DNA from: Callorhinchus milii
Taxonomy: Eukaryota
Assembly (NCBI RefSeq): GCF_018977255.1
Contig: NW_024704742.1
Span: 62,002,001-62,066,000, forward strand
Direction: 5' to 3'
DNA length: 64,000 nt
Shown here: positions 49,141 through 62,189 of the stretch, one piece after another
Layout of the letters: each line of letters begins with the position of its first letter
Numbering within the stretch: the stretch's first letter is position 1
Position numbers and translations under genes: made by a program
The notes under the pieces: generated by a model
Database searches by the model: none
What the model was told of the DNA's origin: nothing
Seen by the model: only the letters and a program-made list of their open reading frames with translations

Positions 49141-52100
49141 TTCTGTGTAGCGCTTTGATATGGCTCAATGACGTAATAAGGTGCTATACCAAACATAGGG
49201 ATTATTATTGGATGTGACCAAGATAGAAGCTAGCCAGCCTCATTTCTCAGTCATTACCTTGGCCCTTCTCTCTACAAATCCAACTGAAATAATCTTAAAA
49301 TCAGAGCCTAACCAGGTTAAAGTGTTTCTTAACCCAAAGGTGTTGTGAGAATGTGGAATACACAATGCTGGCAAACCATAGATGCAGAAGCAAGAGGTGA
49401 CTTGGATGGATAGGTACTTCGGAAGTGAGGATGGTAATGGATGTGGCAAAATAACGCTTGAATATGGAGAAATAACTTTGAATCTACTGGAAAAAACTGC
49501 ACTGTGTGTCCTGTACAGAATCCAATACACATCATGCCAACTCACATAGAATTTATAGCACCCAACAGGCTATCAGGACCCAAATAGTCTGTACTTGTGT
49601 TTATACTGTACTCCACATGACCCTCCACCCATCCTATTCTACTTCCCTAGTAATCCACCCCCATTCCCACTTCTCATGCATGCATCAGGTTTCCTGATAA
49701 AAAAATTAATGCTTTCTGCTTCAACCATGGTATCCGACAATAAGTTCCACAGTCACACCACCAATGCATAGAAGTGCATAAAACACATTTTACAACATGG
49801 GAGCCTTTTACAACTGTTACAGCATATTTACATGGTTCAAGCACTTTTTCAACCCACTGCGCTCAAGTTTGAGATATTTATAGTCTAATTGCAATTTCTA
49901 GCCTATGAACATTGAATTAAATTCACAAAAAGGGCCAAATTGTGAGTCCCGAAATCCAGCAAAATGGTGAGCAAAAATCCTGCCCATTTTGGCTCTAGAC
50001 GAATCACCACATCCTTCACTACACGAGGCAGGTTTCTCAATCGCTGCACTCAGCAGTCCACTTTATTTCTGTCAAGTGGTGAAAGCTACCTCTGTGTGGT
50101 TGGTCCTGTGAGGTAAATGCAAAGCTTTCTCGAATTGAGTTCTCAGATCCAAGAGTAATCAAGCAAGTAGTGTTTGAACACAATGTCAGTCTGGCTGCTA
50201 ATCCCAACATGAACGCTAGAGGCAAAGTAATCCAGTGAAAGGTTAATCGTTTGGCAAGTACACATTCAGAAGTGCAGCTTACGAAAACATGATATCAATT
50301 AAGCAAGGTATGTTCACAGTGAGCTTGATTTTTTTCCTTTTTAATTGGTAACCCCCCCACCCACCCCCAAATTAGGTGCAAAGGTGCATTCTATTGACCT
50401 GCAAAAACCCACATGCAAATGCAAATTATTTTCCTTTTCCCAATTCACTAAGAAAAAAATTAAACTTGATTTATATTTGACACAGGATGAAATAAGCAAT
50501 GGATGTCATAATGACGGCAATTTTGTGGAATGGGGTGGAGGGAGAATGTTCTTGCCTCTCAAAGATAAATTGTAAAACTTACTCTGGTATCATCTCCTGC
50601 ACACTTTTTTGCCTTTCTTGATTTTCATTTGACTTGCACGTGAAGTGGAGGATCAATTTTATCCAATAAAATGCTTTTGAACTTTCTCATTGTGCTCCAA
50701 ATCCAATCCACATTGCACTTGCACCCTTGTGGTATATCCTACCGGAGTAGGGCTGCAAAAAGCAATTTCAGGACAGACAGCAAGATGTTTTTCTTTACCC
50801 AGAGGAATTAACAACTAGAACAGGTTGATGGGAAGTTTGTTGGATGCCAGGATGCAAATACTCATTTATTAAAAACAACTTGATGCTGTGATGGGAGGAC
50901 ACTAGAGTTGGTATTCTGGAAGGATGAGATCAAATGGACCTAACAACCTTTTGTAACTGAATAGATTTTGTGTACTAGTGAAATCAGATCCTGAAGAATC
51001 CAATGTACATTCTGTTGTAAATGAAATTAAAAACAGGGAGCTATCTGAAAGATGCTTACAATTAGAGTGGTGCAAGGATAAGAATGCAGATTTACTAAAC
51101 TAAAATTGTCTGCAATCTGGTTATATCAGATGTTCTTAATACTCTTGGAAATACCGGTGTATTGAATGGTGAAAGTATTAGGCGTAGGTTGGCAAGAGCC
51201 AAGAGTTGAAAACTCCTGAGAGTGAGTTGGAGTCTAATCAGCTAACACTGCAGAGCTTGCCATTGAGGGCATTGTCTAGTAAACTTTCCTGTTGCTTGTC
51301 CAGCTGGAACCAGCCTACCCAATGGGAGTTGACTATCAGGGTTAACAGTAGCTGAGAATGAAGAGTCCCTGCCCCAAATGATTAGTCTGCCCCAAATCTT
51401 AGCAATGATCCAGGCTGTGTGGGCTGTAATCAGCAGTGCCCTGGAACACTGCAGACCACCTAACTCAGGAACCAGACTACCAAGACCGACACAGAGGGTT
51501 GATTCGATTTTGACAGTCCATTGCCAGGCATGTCACCTTGGAGCCAAGTAGACATGCCCCACAACCCCCAGGATTGTCGCTAACTGGACTTCAGAGGAGC
51601 ACAGGGTTTAATCCTCATGAGGTGAACTGCAGGTACCAGGTAATCCCTGCGAATTCCTGGTGGGCAACACAGTTTAGCATGAAATGCGTGAGAAAATTGG
51701 CACCATCTTCCTGCCCACACCTTGGACACACATTCCTTCCCATTCATGATTCCATGAATTGAAGATGTGGAGCTTGAGCAGTATCTGCTAACCTCTCTGC
51801 AAACCAATCAAGGTGGATACCAAGTCCTGGATAGATGAAAACATGTTCACAAACTCAGACTTCAGGTAGTGCCTTCCAGAGGCTGGTCCCAAGCCTTAAG
51901 AGTTTCTTCATCAGTTATTTGACGCACATCTGCCTTCAGCATGATGTTAATTCATATGCATTGAGGACTCACATTGGATTAATATTTAACAGGATTTTGT
52001 TTTCTGACACATAACAGCAGTGCGTATTGTATTACAACCTACTTTAAATTTGTTTTATTAATGCCTATGCTCGGTGTCAAATAATAAGTTGTAAGATTAC

Positions 52101-52539
52101 AGTCCGGTTTATTCAAATGATAATTACTTTAATTGCTGGTTTCGACAATAGATGATAATGCAAAATATCACTGGATTTAATTCTCAGTGGGAAATGCAGT
52201 CTGGCAATAATTACACTAAAAGTAGCATTAGCATCTAAATTAACACACCACTATTAGCAGAATGTCGGAAGTAACATTAATGCACACTGAAAGTTATGCC
52301 CTTTATCAACAAGCTGTGAAATTAAAACCACATTCCTTCCTTTTTTAGGTAAATTGGGTGACCTTTCACTGTGGTACAAGGAGACTGGAGAAAGAGGGAA
52401 TTACAAACAAGATCTCTCCTTAATTTGGGTTTATTTAGAGTAAATTTTAAAACTTTAAAAATGTTATATTGAAGGGTGTCCTGATCTATGGTATCTCTAA
52501 TAGTGAGAACCTCACAGCAACATTGTCCTACACAGACTG

Positions 52540-52692
52540 CAAACCACCCAGAACTCTACAGCTCGTGTCTTTTCCCATGTCAAGCTCTATGACCCTATAA
52601 CGCCCCATTCTTGCTCTGCTCTACTGCTGTCCATTCCCAACGGATCAAGTTCAAGATCCTTGTCCTCATATTCAAATCTCTCTATGGCTTAC
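52540..52692 (+). mobile_element. Old L2 fragment
   Basis: CAGAACTCTACAGCTCGTGTC...CCCAACGGATCAAGTTCAAGATCCTTGTCCTC. Confidence 0.75.
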
Positions 52693-53237
52693 CATGTTTT
52701 ACGCCTTAGACCCTACTGCCATGGCTGCCATTTTTCCCACTGCCTTTCCATCCCAATGAAGAGAAAACCAACATAACCTCAATCACAGTATTGTATTCTG
52801 CTGATATTCTGAAAGACTAACCAACTAAAAGAGAGTGGCCATAGGAGGCAAAATCAAAGATGGCCATCTTTGGGCAAGCCACTGTGACATAGTCCGGTTG
52901 GGGGATGGGTGATAATTAAAGAAGGGTTTGGATTGAACTCTTTGTCGGTGTGAAAATGATCACGTCTCTTATTTGTTGCCTGCATTAGCAGATAGTGCAT
53001 TTCTCACAGATTAATTATAGGATTGAATGAGGCCATTTAATCGATCAAATCTACTGTCGTGCTAGTTCCTCCATTAGTTTCACCTTTATTTTTCCATTGA
53101 CAAATTTTCCCATGTCAAGCTCTGATTTTGATTTTACGCCATTGTGCCATTCCATCCTTAATACTGCATCATATGAAAAAATATTGAGCCCTTTAACTCT
53201 CTAGTAAATTCTCTACTCCTACAAACATAAATTTCAT

Positions 53238-53601
53238 CATAATAATAATCCTTGCATTTGATATAGCACCTTATTACGTCTTCGAGATGTCTCAAAGCGT
53301 TGCATAGAATATGCTCTAAAGTGAATTGATTGTATATTTTATGGGCAAAACTAGTCAGTCAATTGCACACAGCAGTGTCCCACAAACATTGTGGAGTGAG
53401 TGACCAAATTTTTTTAAAAGGAATTATTACCCCTGGAAAGGTGATCTGCCAGTCAATTAATAACTGGGTTCCTACTTACTACTAGGCAAACAGAGGTGTA
53501 TGGAGTAAGGAAAATTGCCTACCATTTCGCCCTGCCCAGGAATCAAACCCAGGTCCTCTCGCTTGCGAGATGAGTGCTCTAACACAAAGCGACAGGACTC
53601 C
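53238..53601 (-). mobile_element. Full-length SINE family A (long subfamily)
   Basis: Tail, core, middle segment and head ending ACAGGACTCC. Confidence 0.9.
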
Positions 53602-54244
53602 ACACAACTAGATCTTGTGAAAGTAGGATATTCAAAAGCACTGTCCATTCAAAATGCACAGGTTCAATTAGTCAGGAAATAATTAAAGACAGTAACAAAG
53701 CCTTACCACTTAAAGCATTGATTCCATTATTCAGGGTATCTTCTGAACACCTTAGTTTTGTTGTGACTCATTTTTATCCATTCAATGTATTAAAATGTTC
53801 TTTAAATATTTGTCACTGTTATAATGATAATACATAATCCAGGCATTTGAAAAAGCAATTCATCATGTCATTGAGATGTCTCAAAGTGCTTCAAAGAATA
53901 TTCTGTAATTGACTGTATATTTTGTGGGCAAAACACATATATGTGGGTTATAATTTTGCACTCCAAATACCAATGTTCAGTCTTTCACTGTGACTCCCTT
54001 AACATCACTTTAATGCATTGATCCCTTCAAAGAGAGGAAAGAAACACTGTAGTTAGAACTGTGTTTGAAGCAGTTAATTGATGTGGCACCAATTGTTTTG
54101 GCTAGGAGTCTGTTCGATAGCTCCACTTCTCTATGGGAAAAATTTTCTTCTAATCTCTCGCCTCACTTGAGGCTTGTTAATTTTGAACCTGTGCCCTATA
54201 GTTCTGTGCTCACAGTCTGAATAAAATAGGTTGCTTACAATCTT

Positions 54245-54715
54245 CTAGGGTTCAAATCCAGCCCAAAGTGATGAAAGCTTCTTCTTACCATTAGCTGTAA
54301 AGGCTCTGTGTGAAATATGTTTGCATAGTGTTGACCCAATTCTTAATGAGTACAAGTCCATGACACAAAAGTGGCCATAATTTAAGGCCAACTGGCTGGA
54401 AGAAATAGAAGCTGAGATCTTAATAATAATAATAATAATAATAATAATCCTTGCATTTGATATAGCGCTTTTCACGTCAGGAGGACGTCCCAAAGCGCTT
54501 CACAGAACACTGAGAACTTGCCCAAGGTTTCGCCCTGCTGGACGGTGCTCTCCCTGAGGTGGTAGTATATTGCTGAGATGCTCTAGAGGGAACTTTACCC
54601 TGTTCTCTGTTTGACCCTGTACTGGACCTGCCTTGTCCAAAAAGTGCCTGATATTGATCCTGAGTAGAAATAAAACATGACTTCAACCACTGACACCCAG
54701 CATCCTGTGGGTTGA
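54245..54715 (+). mobile_element. LF-SINE-like element interrupted by a SINE A fragment (54421-54538)
   Basis: GGTTCAAATCCAGCCCA...TTACCAT...GCTGT...GGCTCTGTGTGAAAT...CCAATTCTTAATG...GTCCATGACACAAAA follows the order of the LF-SINE consensus as I recall it. Confidence 0.6.
54421..54538 (-). mobile_element. Young SINE A fragment with tail fused directly to the post-head segment
   Basis: (AAT)n-CCTTGCATTTGATATAGCGC...CACAGAACACTG joined to AACTTGCCCAAGGTTTCGCCCTGC. Confidence 0.85.
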
Positions 54716-55269
54716 AATGCTGTTTGGCTTAAGTATAACGTCTTTGGCAATGCTTAATTACAATGAGGGAAATCCCATTGGCGACTAACAACAATAACAA
54801 AATCACATTTGTATAGCACCTTTCATGTCGACTAACATCACCTACACAGAACTCATGGAATTTCAACACCCTGATATGCACACAGTGAAGGAAGATTCTC
54901 TGAGTGCTCCTGCTGACGATCCCTCAGATAAAATTGATCCTTCGCTTCATGGTTGTTTACAGGACATTGGTGCGCACAAATTCACTGCCCTCTCATACAC
55001 AAAATACAGTCACTATACTTTAAATCCTGCGCCACACTTTGAGACTTCCCCCTGACATGAAAAGGGTGATACCAATCTCAAGGATTATTATTATATTTTT
55101 AGAGAGGAAGATATGGAAAACATACCAAAAATATTACCATAATCTGGATATGATATGTTAGAAAATAAGTCTTAAAAGAACAACAAATTGCATTTGATAT
55201 AATACCTTATTTAATTGTCAATACATCTCAAAGAGCTTCACATGATGTGAATGTATATTTGTAGTCAAG

Positions 55270-55525
55270 TACAACAACAACAATAACCACATTCATATAG
55301 AATCCTTTACACGGGTAGCATCTAGGTGCACTCAACAGTGGCAGAGCCTGATGGCAAGCTGGAGAGAGGGGGGAGGTGATTGTAAGCATGGTTGAAGAGG
55401 AAGGTGTCCAGGTGCAATCTGAAGATAGGCAAGAAGGAGGAAAGACAGAGGGATTGAGGATTGGAGTTCCAGAGTTTCAGGGGATAGTGGCTGAAAGCAC
55501 AGCCACCGAAGGTGGAGCAGGTGCA
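55270..55525 (-). mobile_element. Old L2 3' end
   Basis: (CAA)n tail and GACAGAGGGATTG...TGGAGTTCCAGAG...GGCTGAAAGC. Confidence 0.75.
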
Positions 55526-55945
55526 ACAAGGAAAGTATAGAAGGCTGGACCAGCTGAGCAGCCAATTTACACACTTATGAACAGCCATGAAGTAAATGAC
55601 CAATTTTATCTGGGGGACAGTTGACCAGGACATCAGGCGAAATTCCCTTCTCTTTTCAAATAATGCCAAGTGTGTTATAATATCTAAAATAGCAGCAGAG
55701 AATGATTTGCCCACATTTTTTACAATGAGAGAAATATTAAGAATTTTATGTAGGCCAACTTGCAATATAATGAACTTTTAAACCTTTTCTGGGAAGGGTC
55801 GTGGTACAGTTTCATACAGGTATCATCTTGGTTATGGAAATAGAGAAATTTGATTCCAAGCAGGAAAAATCAGCTCACATCCACCAGCTCACCTTTAATG
55901 GGATTAAAACTAAATTCCTGATTGCATTATCAAATACCTTGTTCA

Positions 55946-56208
55946 TGATAATAATAATAATAATAATAACAACCCTTCCATTTGATATAGCGCTTCATCA
56001 CATCGTTGTGACATGGCAAAGCGCTTTACAGAATATACTCTAAAGTAAATTGACTGTGTATTTTGTGGGCGAAACATGACAGTCAATTGCGCACAGCAGT
56101 GTCCCACAAACAATCATTGATTGATTAATACCACCGGAAAGTGATCCACCAATCAAATAATAACCAGGTTCCTACTTATGGCTAGGTAAATAGAGGTGTG
56201 GGAGTGAA
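55946..56208 (-). mobile_element. SINE family A (long subfamily), headless
   Basis: Tail, core and middle segment. Confidence 0.82.
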
Positions 56209-57467
56209 GCAATACCACTGACAAGAATGACGGTATAAGGCCTGACCTGTGCTTCCCACTCTTCATATTAGTCAGACATTGTGAGAAGAAAATAACCTCC
56301 AAATACGGAGTTCTGAACTCATGCTTAGTTTTGTTGCCCAGGAACTGTGCTGTGAAGGAAGATTGAGTTGTAGCAGAATTCCCATAAATTGGTATGATGT
56401 TCTTAAGATAGGAACATAGGAAAACAGGAACAGGAGGAAGCCATTTAGCCCATCAATCCTGTTCCACCAGTTTATTAGATCTTGGCAGATCTTTAATCCC
56501 AATGCTACGACCTTCCGCCATACCCCTTAATTCCTCAGCCTGGTTTGGATACTCAAGAGTGGCAATCAATATCCACATATGTCAAACACCTGGCTGAATC
56601 AAAACAGGAAGTTTTGTTAGGAACTGTTGCATTTTAGTACCCGTTATCAAAATATCACAACAAGAATTTGTTTCAATTCTCATTATCATCAAAACAAAGG
56701 TCCAAAAATGCTTTGTGGAACAATCACTTCCGATGGTGAATGCATTTAGGAGATGTAGTGTATTGAAATCCCTAAGAAAAGGGGTCAAGCAAAGTGCAGC
56801 ACTTTAAAGTGGATCATTTTTTATAAGTCAGTAAGAAAGATGAACATAAGGTCTCAACATTGCACATTTTGGAAGAGCAGACCTAGAACGTATCGTGAAC
56901 TGCCAAGGCTGCAATTTGATCTTGAGATAGATATAGATGTTGCTGGAAGACAGTACATTAAGTTATATATTCAGCAATAGATAATTTTCTTAAGGAAGAT
57001 CAGTACGTCTATCTTAAATCTCAACGCAGTTCTGTTTCGCTAAGAGAAGTTACTGGGCAGGTATTCGGAGTATAATGTATGCATTATTCCTGTGGTAGTC
57101 AACTAATAATAATAATCCTTGCATTTGATATAGTGCTTTTGACTGTCCTCTTAGTCGTGTTAATTAAAGCCAGACACACTCTTTGGAATGTAATAGATTT
57201 CTTAGCAATAGAAAATTTGTATCTCAACTTGTGTAGCAAGTCATGTTTTGTGCCCCAAGTCCTTTGATATAGTGCCTTATCACATTGAAACATGCCAAAC
57301 TTCTTCACAGAGGTTTCTGTAAAGTGTAGTAATTAGAGTTAACGCCACAGATTTAACCCAACTAGTCCATGCCAGTGTTTATAATCACCCAATGATTGTA
57401 TGTTTAGACCAATACAAGCCAATTTACACATAGCAATGTTCCACAAACAGTCATGAAGTGAAAGAGG

Positions 57468-57625
57468 TTTAGGGATAGCGATCAGGAATCAGAACCTTGA
57501 CAGATTTTCACTTCCCTAACACTGGTCAATTGTAACACCAACATTTGACACTCAGCTAAAATAATCTAACTGCACACAGGCTGGGATCAGAACCTGCAAC
57601 TGTATGGCCTAGTACTGCACTGGGC
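57468..57625 (-). mobile_element. AmnSINE2-like relic
   Basis: GGATAGCGATCAGGAATCAGAACCTTGACAGATTTT...CAATTGTAACACC; reverse complement aligns with 61140-61265. Confidence 0.55.
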
Positions 57626-57954
57626 AGAATTATTAATGATTATAGACTAGTATGGAAGCCAATGTACAGTGCTTTAAATTCATTGTGATCATTTAGTTAC
57701 TATCATTCAAGACAGATGTTTCACAGTATGAATTGGAACCCTGAAGCAACCTAATAAACAAAGACAATGTAATCAAATTTGCAGATCATGTTAACCATGT
57801 GCAAGCACATGTGTACAAAAATAATTGAAAGTGCCCTGAGTTATTTAATTCACAAAAGTAGGGAGTTTCTCCCAGTGTCCTGGCAGACAATCTCCCAAAT
57901 CAAATTGGTCATTCACTTGACAGGTGTGCTCAAATTGACTTCCTCAATCTGTCG

Positions 57955-58400
57955 ACAATTAGACAAGCTCGGGCTCTTCAGTCTTGAGAGACGACGACTC
58001 GTAGAGATGTATAACATTTTTAAATGGGATTGAAAATTTAAACCCAGACTAAAACTTTAACATGTATCATAACAGAGTACATAAGTGTAAAGTAGTAAAA
58101 GGCAATTTCAAGACAAACCCAAGGAAGATTTTCTTTATGCAGAGGGTAGCAACAACACTAACAAGGATAAGTTGCATTTATATAGTGCCCTTCAGGTGGG
58201 TAGCATGTCAGAGCATTTAATTGCTGTGTGGCTTGACATTCAAAGATTAGAACAGGTTGCCAGAAAAATGGTCGATGCCAAGACCTTGGACTCATTTAAA
58301 AAGCAGCTTGGGGGGATGGCAGGCTTGTTGATCTATTGAGATCAGGCGGACCGAAGGGCGTTCTTCATCCAGACCAATCCTGTGATTTGGTGATCTTGTG
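57955..58400 (+). mobile_element. Old CR1 3' fragment
   Basis: Translation LDKLGLFSLERRRL; TTTATGCAGAGGGTAG. Confidence 0.75.
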
Positions 58401-59104
58401 AACATGTATATGGTCATCTCCTACCTCCCCTCCAAACCTGCTTGGCATCCACCCACCATTGCAAAGTGGTCCAAGCCATTATTCTATGTGAATGTGCTAT
58501 ATAAATGCAGGCCTTATACCTCCATTCTTGTCAGTGGCATTGCTTCACTCCCACACCTCTGTTTACCGAGCCATAAGTTACTGTTATATATTCTATATCT
58601 GCTTTGAGATGTCTCAACAATGTGATAAGACGCTATTTAAATGCAAAGATTATTATTATATATACAGCATTACATATATCAGCTATATTTTATAATATAT
58701 ATCAGCTATATTCTCAATATTTTTTTCCGATAGTGATACAGTATATTTCCTTTCCAAGTTTTAAAGTACTTTCTTTAAATACAACAGGATTAAAAAAAAA
58801 ATTGTTGTTTGATTTTCTGGTTCTGCTTCCCCAGTAATTCTCCCTAGAGCTCATCGAAAGTTTTGCACATCTGTGCTGTTATTTTTGGCTCTAGCCTGGA
58901 CTATGATATCAAACCTAGCTCTGCCATAATTATGACGGGAATGCGGAAGGAGTGCAGCATACCCAAGACAAGAAGACACGAGGGACTCAGAACAGGTTGA
59001 AAAATTCTGGCAGTCACAGCTCACACCCCTTAATGATTGTAAACTACACAGATATAGGCAGTGAGACTCAGTAAATCTCATCTCAGTAAATCTCAGGTGC
59101 TGAG

Positions 59105-59480
59105 AAATAACTTGCATTCTTATGTCAAAGTACCTTAAAGTCCTTCTATACTGAATGCTGTCAAGTATAGTGGACTATTATTACAGGCAAACACAGCAGC
59201 TATTTTGGGCACAGCAAAGCCCCACAAACAGCCAAGAACAATTAATCTAAAGGATTGTTGACCAGGACATCAGGAGAAATTCCCTTCTCTCATCAAATAG
59301 CATCATGGGAATCTTTTAATGGATGAACTGAAGAACAAGAGCTCAGTTTAATATTTCATCCAAACGACAGCCATTCCAACAATGTATTATATTGCAAGCC
59401 AAGGAGTCTCAAATCCCAATGTGGGCTTGAACCCAAAACCTTCTACCCCAGAGGTGAGAGCATTACTAACTGAGCCAGAC
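59105..59480 (-). mobile_element. SINE family B
   Basis: Tail to reverse head GTGGGCTTGAACCCAAAACCTTCT...AACTGAGCCA. Confidence 0.72.
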
Positions 59481-59695
59481 AATTGTGTTCACACATACAT
59501 TAATTTAAAGTTTAAAAATGAATGTCTCACAAGACAGTGTTATAAATTTTGTCACAATCTATTCACTGCTGAAAAATATTACAGGACCCTTTTGAATATT
59601 TGGATGAGATTTTGGAAACTTTATTAGGTTGAAAAGTGCAGAAAATATCCATGCATCTTTATTGCAAGTCTCCTATCTACCGATTAGGTGTCTAC

Positions 59696-60107
59696 CTGGC
59701 TCAGTTGGTAGCATTTTTGCCTCTGAGTCGTGAAGGTTGTGGGTTCAAGTCCCCACATTAAGCCTTTAAGTTAATAATAATAATAATAATAAGTTGAAGC
59801 TAAAACTGCAGTGCTACTTTTGATGAGATGTTAAACTGAGGTCTTGCTATCTGTTCAGGTAGATGTTCAGATTTCATTGCACTTCTCAAAAAAGAGTTTT
59901 TTGCCCAGTTTCCTAGAATAATTCCGCAAATATATTTCCACGAAAATTATTGACAATGAGTATTTGTAGGACATTGCTGTGTCCACATTGGCTGCCACAT
60001 TCATCTACAATCTAAAATCACAGCACTTTACAGTAAAGTCTGTGAAGGATTTTGAGACATTTTGACATAACGATCTACCTCAAATGTAAGGATCATTATT
60101 TATTATT
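59696..60107 (+). mobile_element. SINE family B, near full length
   Basis: TGGCTCAGTTGGTAGCATTTTTGCCTCTGAGTCGTGAAGGTTGTGGGTTCAAGTCCC head; body and tail follow. Confidence 0.8.
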
Positions 60108-60329
60108 AGACTAGCAACAATCGGGGGATAGGCAAGTATGATGGATATTCCCTTCCCTCTCAGTCTATCAAAATACATAATAATATTACCAAGAGTTTCT
60201 TGATAGACAACAAGGTAATGGAGAGATGAATCCAACAGGTTTCAACACCATCTTGAATCATGTGGAGGGATACCCAAGGCAAGAGTGAGCAAAGGGATCT
60301 TTGGAATTAAGTGATATACCAAAAATACA

Positions 60330-60630
60330 ATGTAATATAAATTGACATTCATATAGTACCTTTCACATTGGGAGGACGTCCAAAAGGCACTTAACAGTAC
60401 TGGCTGGGCACTCACACCGAGGATGGAAGCCAAACGGGGTGGGGAAGGGAAAGGTGACCAAAAGCGCAGTGAAAGAGGTAGGTCTTGAGTCAGATCTTGA
60501 ATGAGTTGAGGGACATAATGAGTAGGAGGGCCTCTGGGATGGAGTTCTAGAGAACGGAGACAAAAATGTTGAAAGTTTGCCACCGATGGTGAGGCAGGGA
60601 GAAAGGCAGACATGAAGCAGGCCAGTGCTT
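60330..60630 (-). mobile_element. Old L2 3' end
   Basis: CTTTCACATTGGGAGGACGTCC stem-loop; GGTCTTGAG...GGGATGGAGTTC. Confidence 0.75.
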
Positions 60631-61124
60631 ACTGAGAGAGGGGAGCAAACGAGTCAGTAGGGTGCAAAGCAAATTGCATATCCAAAGTGTTTATTTGCTG
60701 TAGGAGAACCGGTTGTGGAACACAAATGTATCTGGTGTCCCAAACCTCACAATACAACAAGAGCTTACTGCATTACATACTGTAACCATATCCTGCAAGT
60801 AAATTAAAGGCATTTTCTGGTCCCAGCATACTCCTCAGTGTCCAACACCCAGATGAGTTCCTTGTATTTTCTAATCCTCCATCTGTTCATTTGGGGGGAA
60901 ACAATTAGAGAGTGGATGAACAGTCAATTTCATTGTGAATCTATCCAGATTTTTGGAAATTTGCCCAGTTTAGGTCATTTCAGACTGCAGATGTCACTTA
61001 TACACTTTTCCTTTTAAAAGCAGCAATATATCTTATGACAAATAACCAGTAACCAGAGGCTGATTATGGTCAGTGAATATTGCCGAAGACTGATAGCGGT
61101 AATTGGTAAAGTTATTATCCAACA

Positions 61125-61312
61125 GAGCCACAGGATCTGAAATTCAGGGTTAGATCCTCAGTCTGTGCTAATATCAGCCAAGCCACCAAGATGCTTACCG
61201 CAATTGGCCTTGGTATTTTTGGACTAACAAGGAAAAATTAGCAAAGGTTCCCCCTCCTGATCACTGTCTGATACTGGAAAGAGTATGTGTGCGCGTGGGG
61301 GTGGGTATGTGT
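61125..61312 (+). mobile_element. AmnSINE2-like relic
   Basis: GTCTGTGCT...CAATTGGCCT...GGAAAAATTAGCAAAGGTTCCCCCTCCTGATCACT...CTGGAAAG; matches two other copies in the window. Confidence 0.6.
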
Positions 61313-61669
61313 GGACTAATAATAATAAACCTTGCATTTGATATAACGCCTTATCAAGTCTTCGAGACATCTCAAACTGCTTCACAGAATATTCTGCAAA
61401 GTTTAGTGACTGTAGATTTTGTGAGCAAAATAGACTAATGACGAAAAGGCAAGGTTTAGTATCATCCCAAAGCAATTTCTATGTGGCTCTGATCAAAAGG
61501 ATCCACACCATAAACAGCATTTCCCCAGGTCAAGCCCTGTACAGCCTGCAGTCTGGAAAACCCTGAGTAGAAATGTACAATTGTTGTTTAAGATGAAAAA
61601 AACAAAAATTGAACAATTTGAATCTTATTCTTGCATGATAAACTCAAGAGTATGAAAAACAAATAGTTA

Positions 61670-62076
61670 CAATAATCCTTGCCTTTTGTACAGCACCTCT
61701 TCACATTGAAAATTGCTTCACGGGGATTTCTTTAAAGTATAGTGATTGTATAGTTGTAAGTAAACTCAGCAAGCAATTTGCGCACAACAATAACAGCCTT
61801 GAACCAAATTAACAATTTTACCCATGGATTGTTGGCAAGGACACCTGGAGAAGCTCCATTCTCTTTTCAAGAGGATCTTTAACATCCACCCAACCAAGTA
61901 AACAAGACCTCAGTTTAATATCTTATCTGAAGGACAGCACCTTTGGCATTGCATCAAACCCCACCATGACACTGGAAAATCAGCCTAAACCATGAGCTCC
62001 AAATCGCAAGGTGAGTCTTGATCCTACAATCCTCTAGTTCAGAGGCAAAGGTACCACCAACTGAGCCAGGCTGACT
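61670..62076 (-). mobile_element. SINE family B, near full length
   Basis: Tail through reverse head CAGAGGCAAAGGTACCACCAACTGAGCCA. Confidence 0.78.
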
Positions 62077-62189
62077 CTCAAACAGAAAAACAAGGGCACG
62101 AAGGATCAAAACAATGCCCTAACAATAGTATCGTAACAATAGTGTTAAGGTTTTAGTTTTGAACTGCAGTCAACATATAGATTTTTTTC

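Noticed and set aside
58674..59095. Small 14-16 bp tandem duplications (58674-58712, 59068-59096; also 22 bp at 21826-21872)
   Set aside because: Ordinary slippage products.
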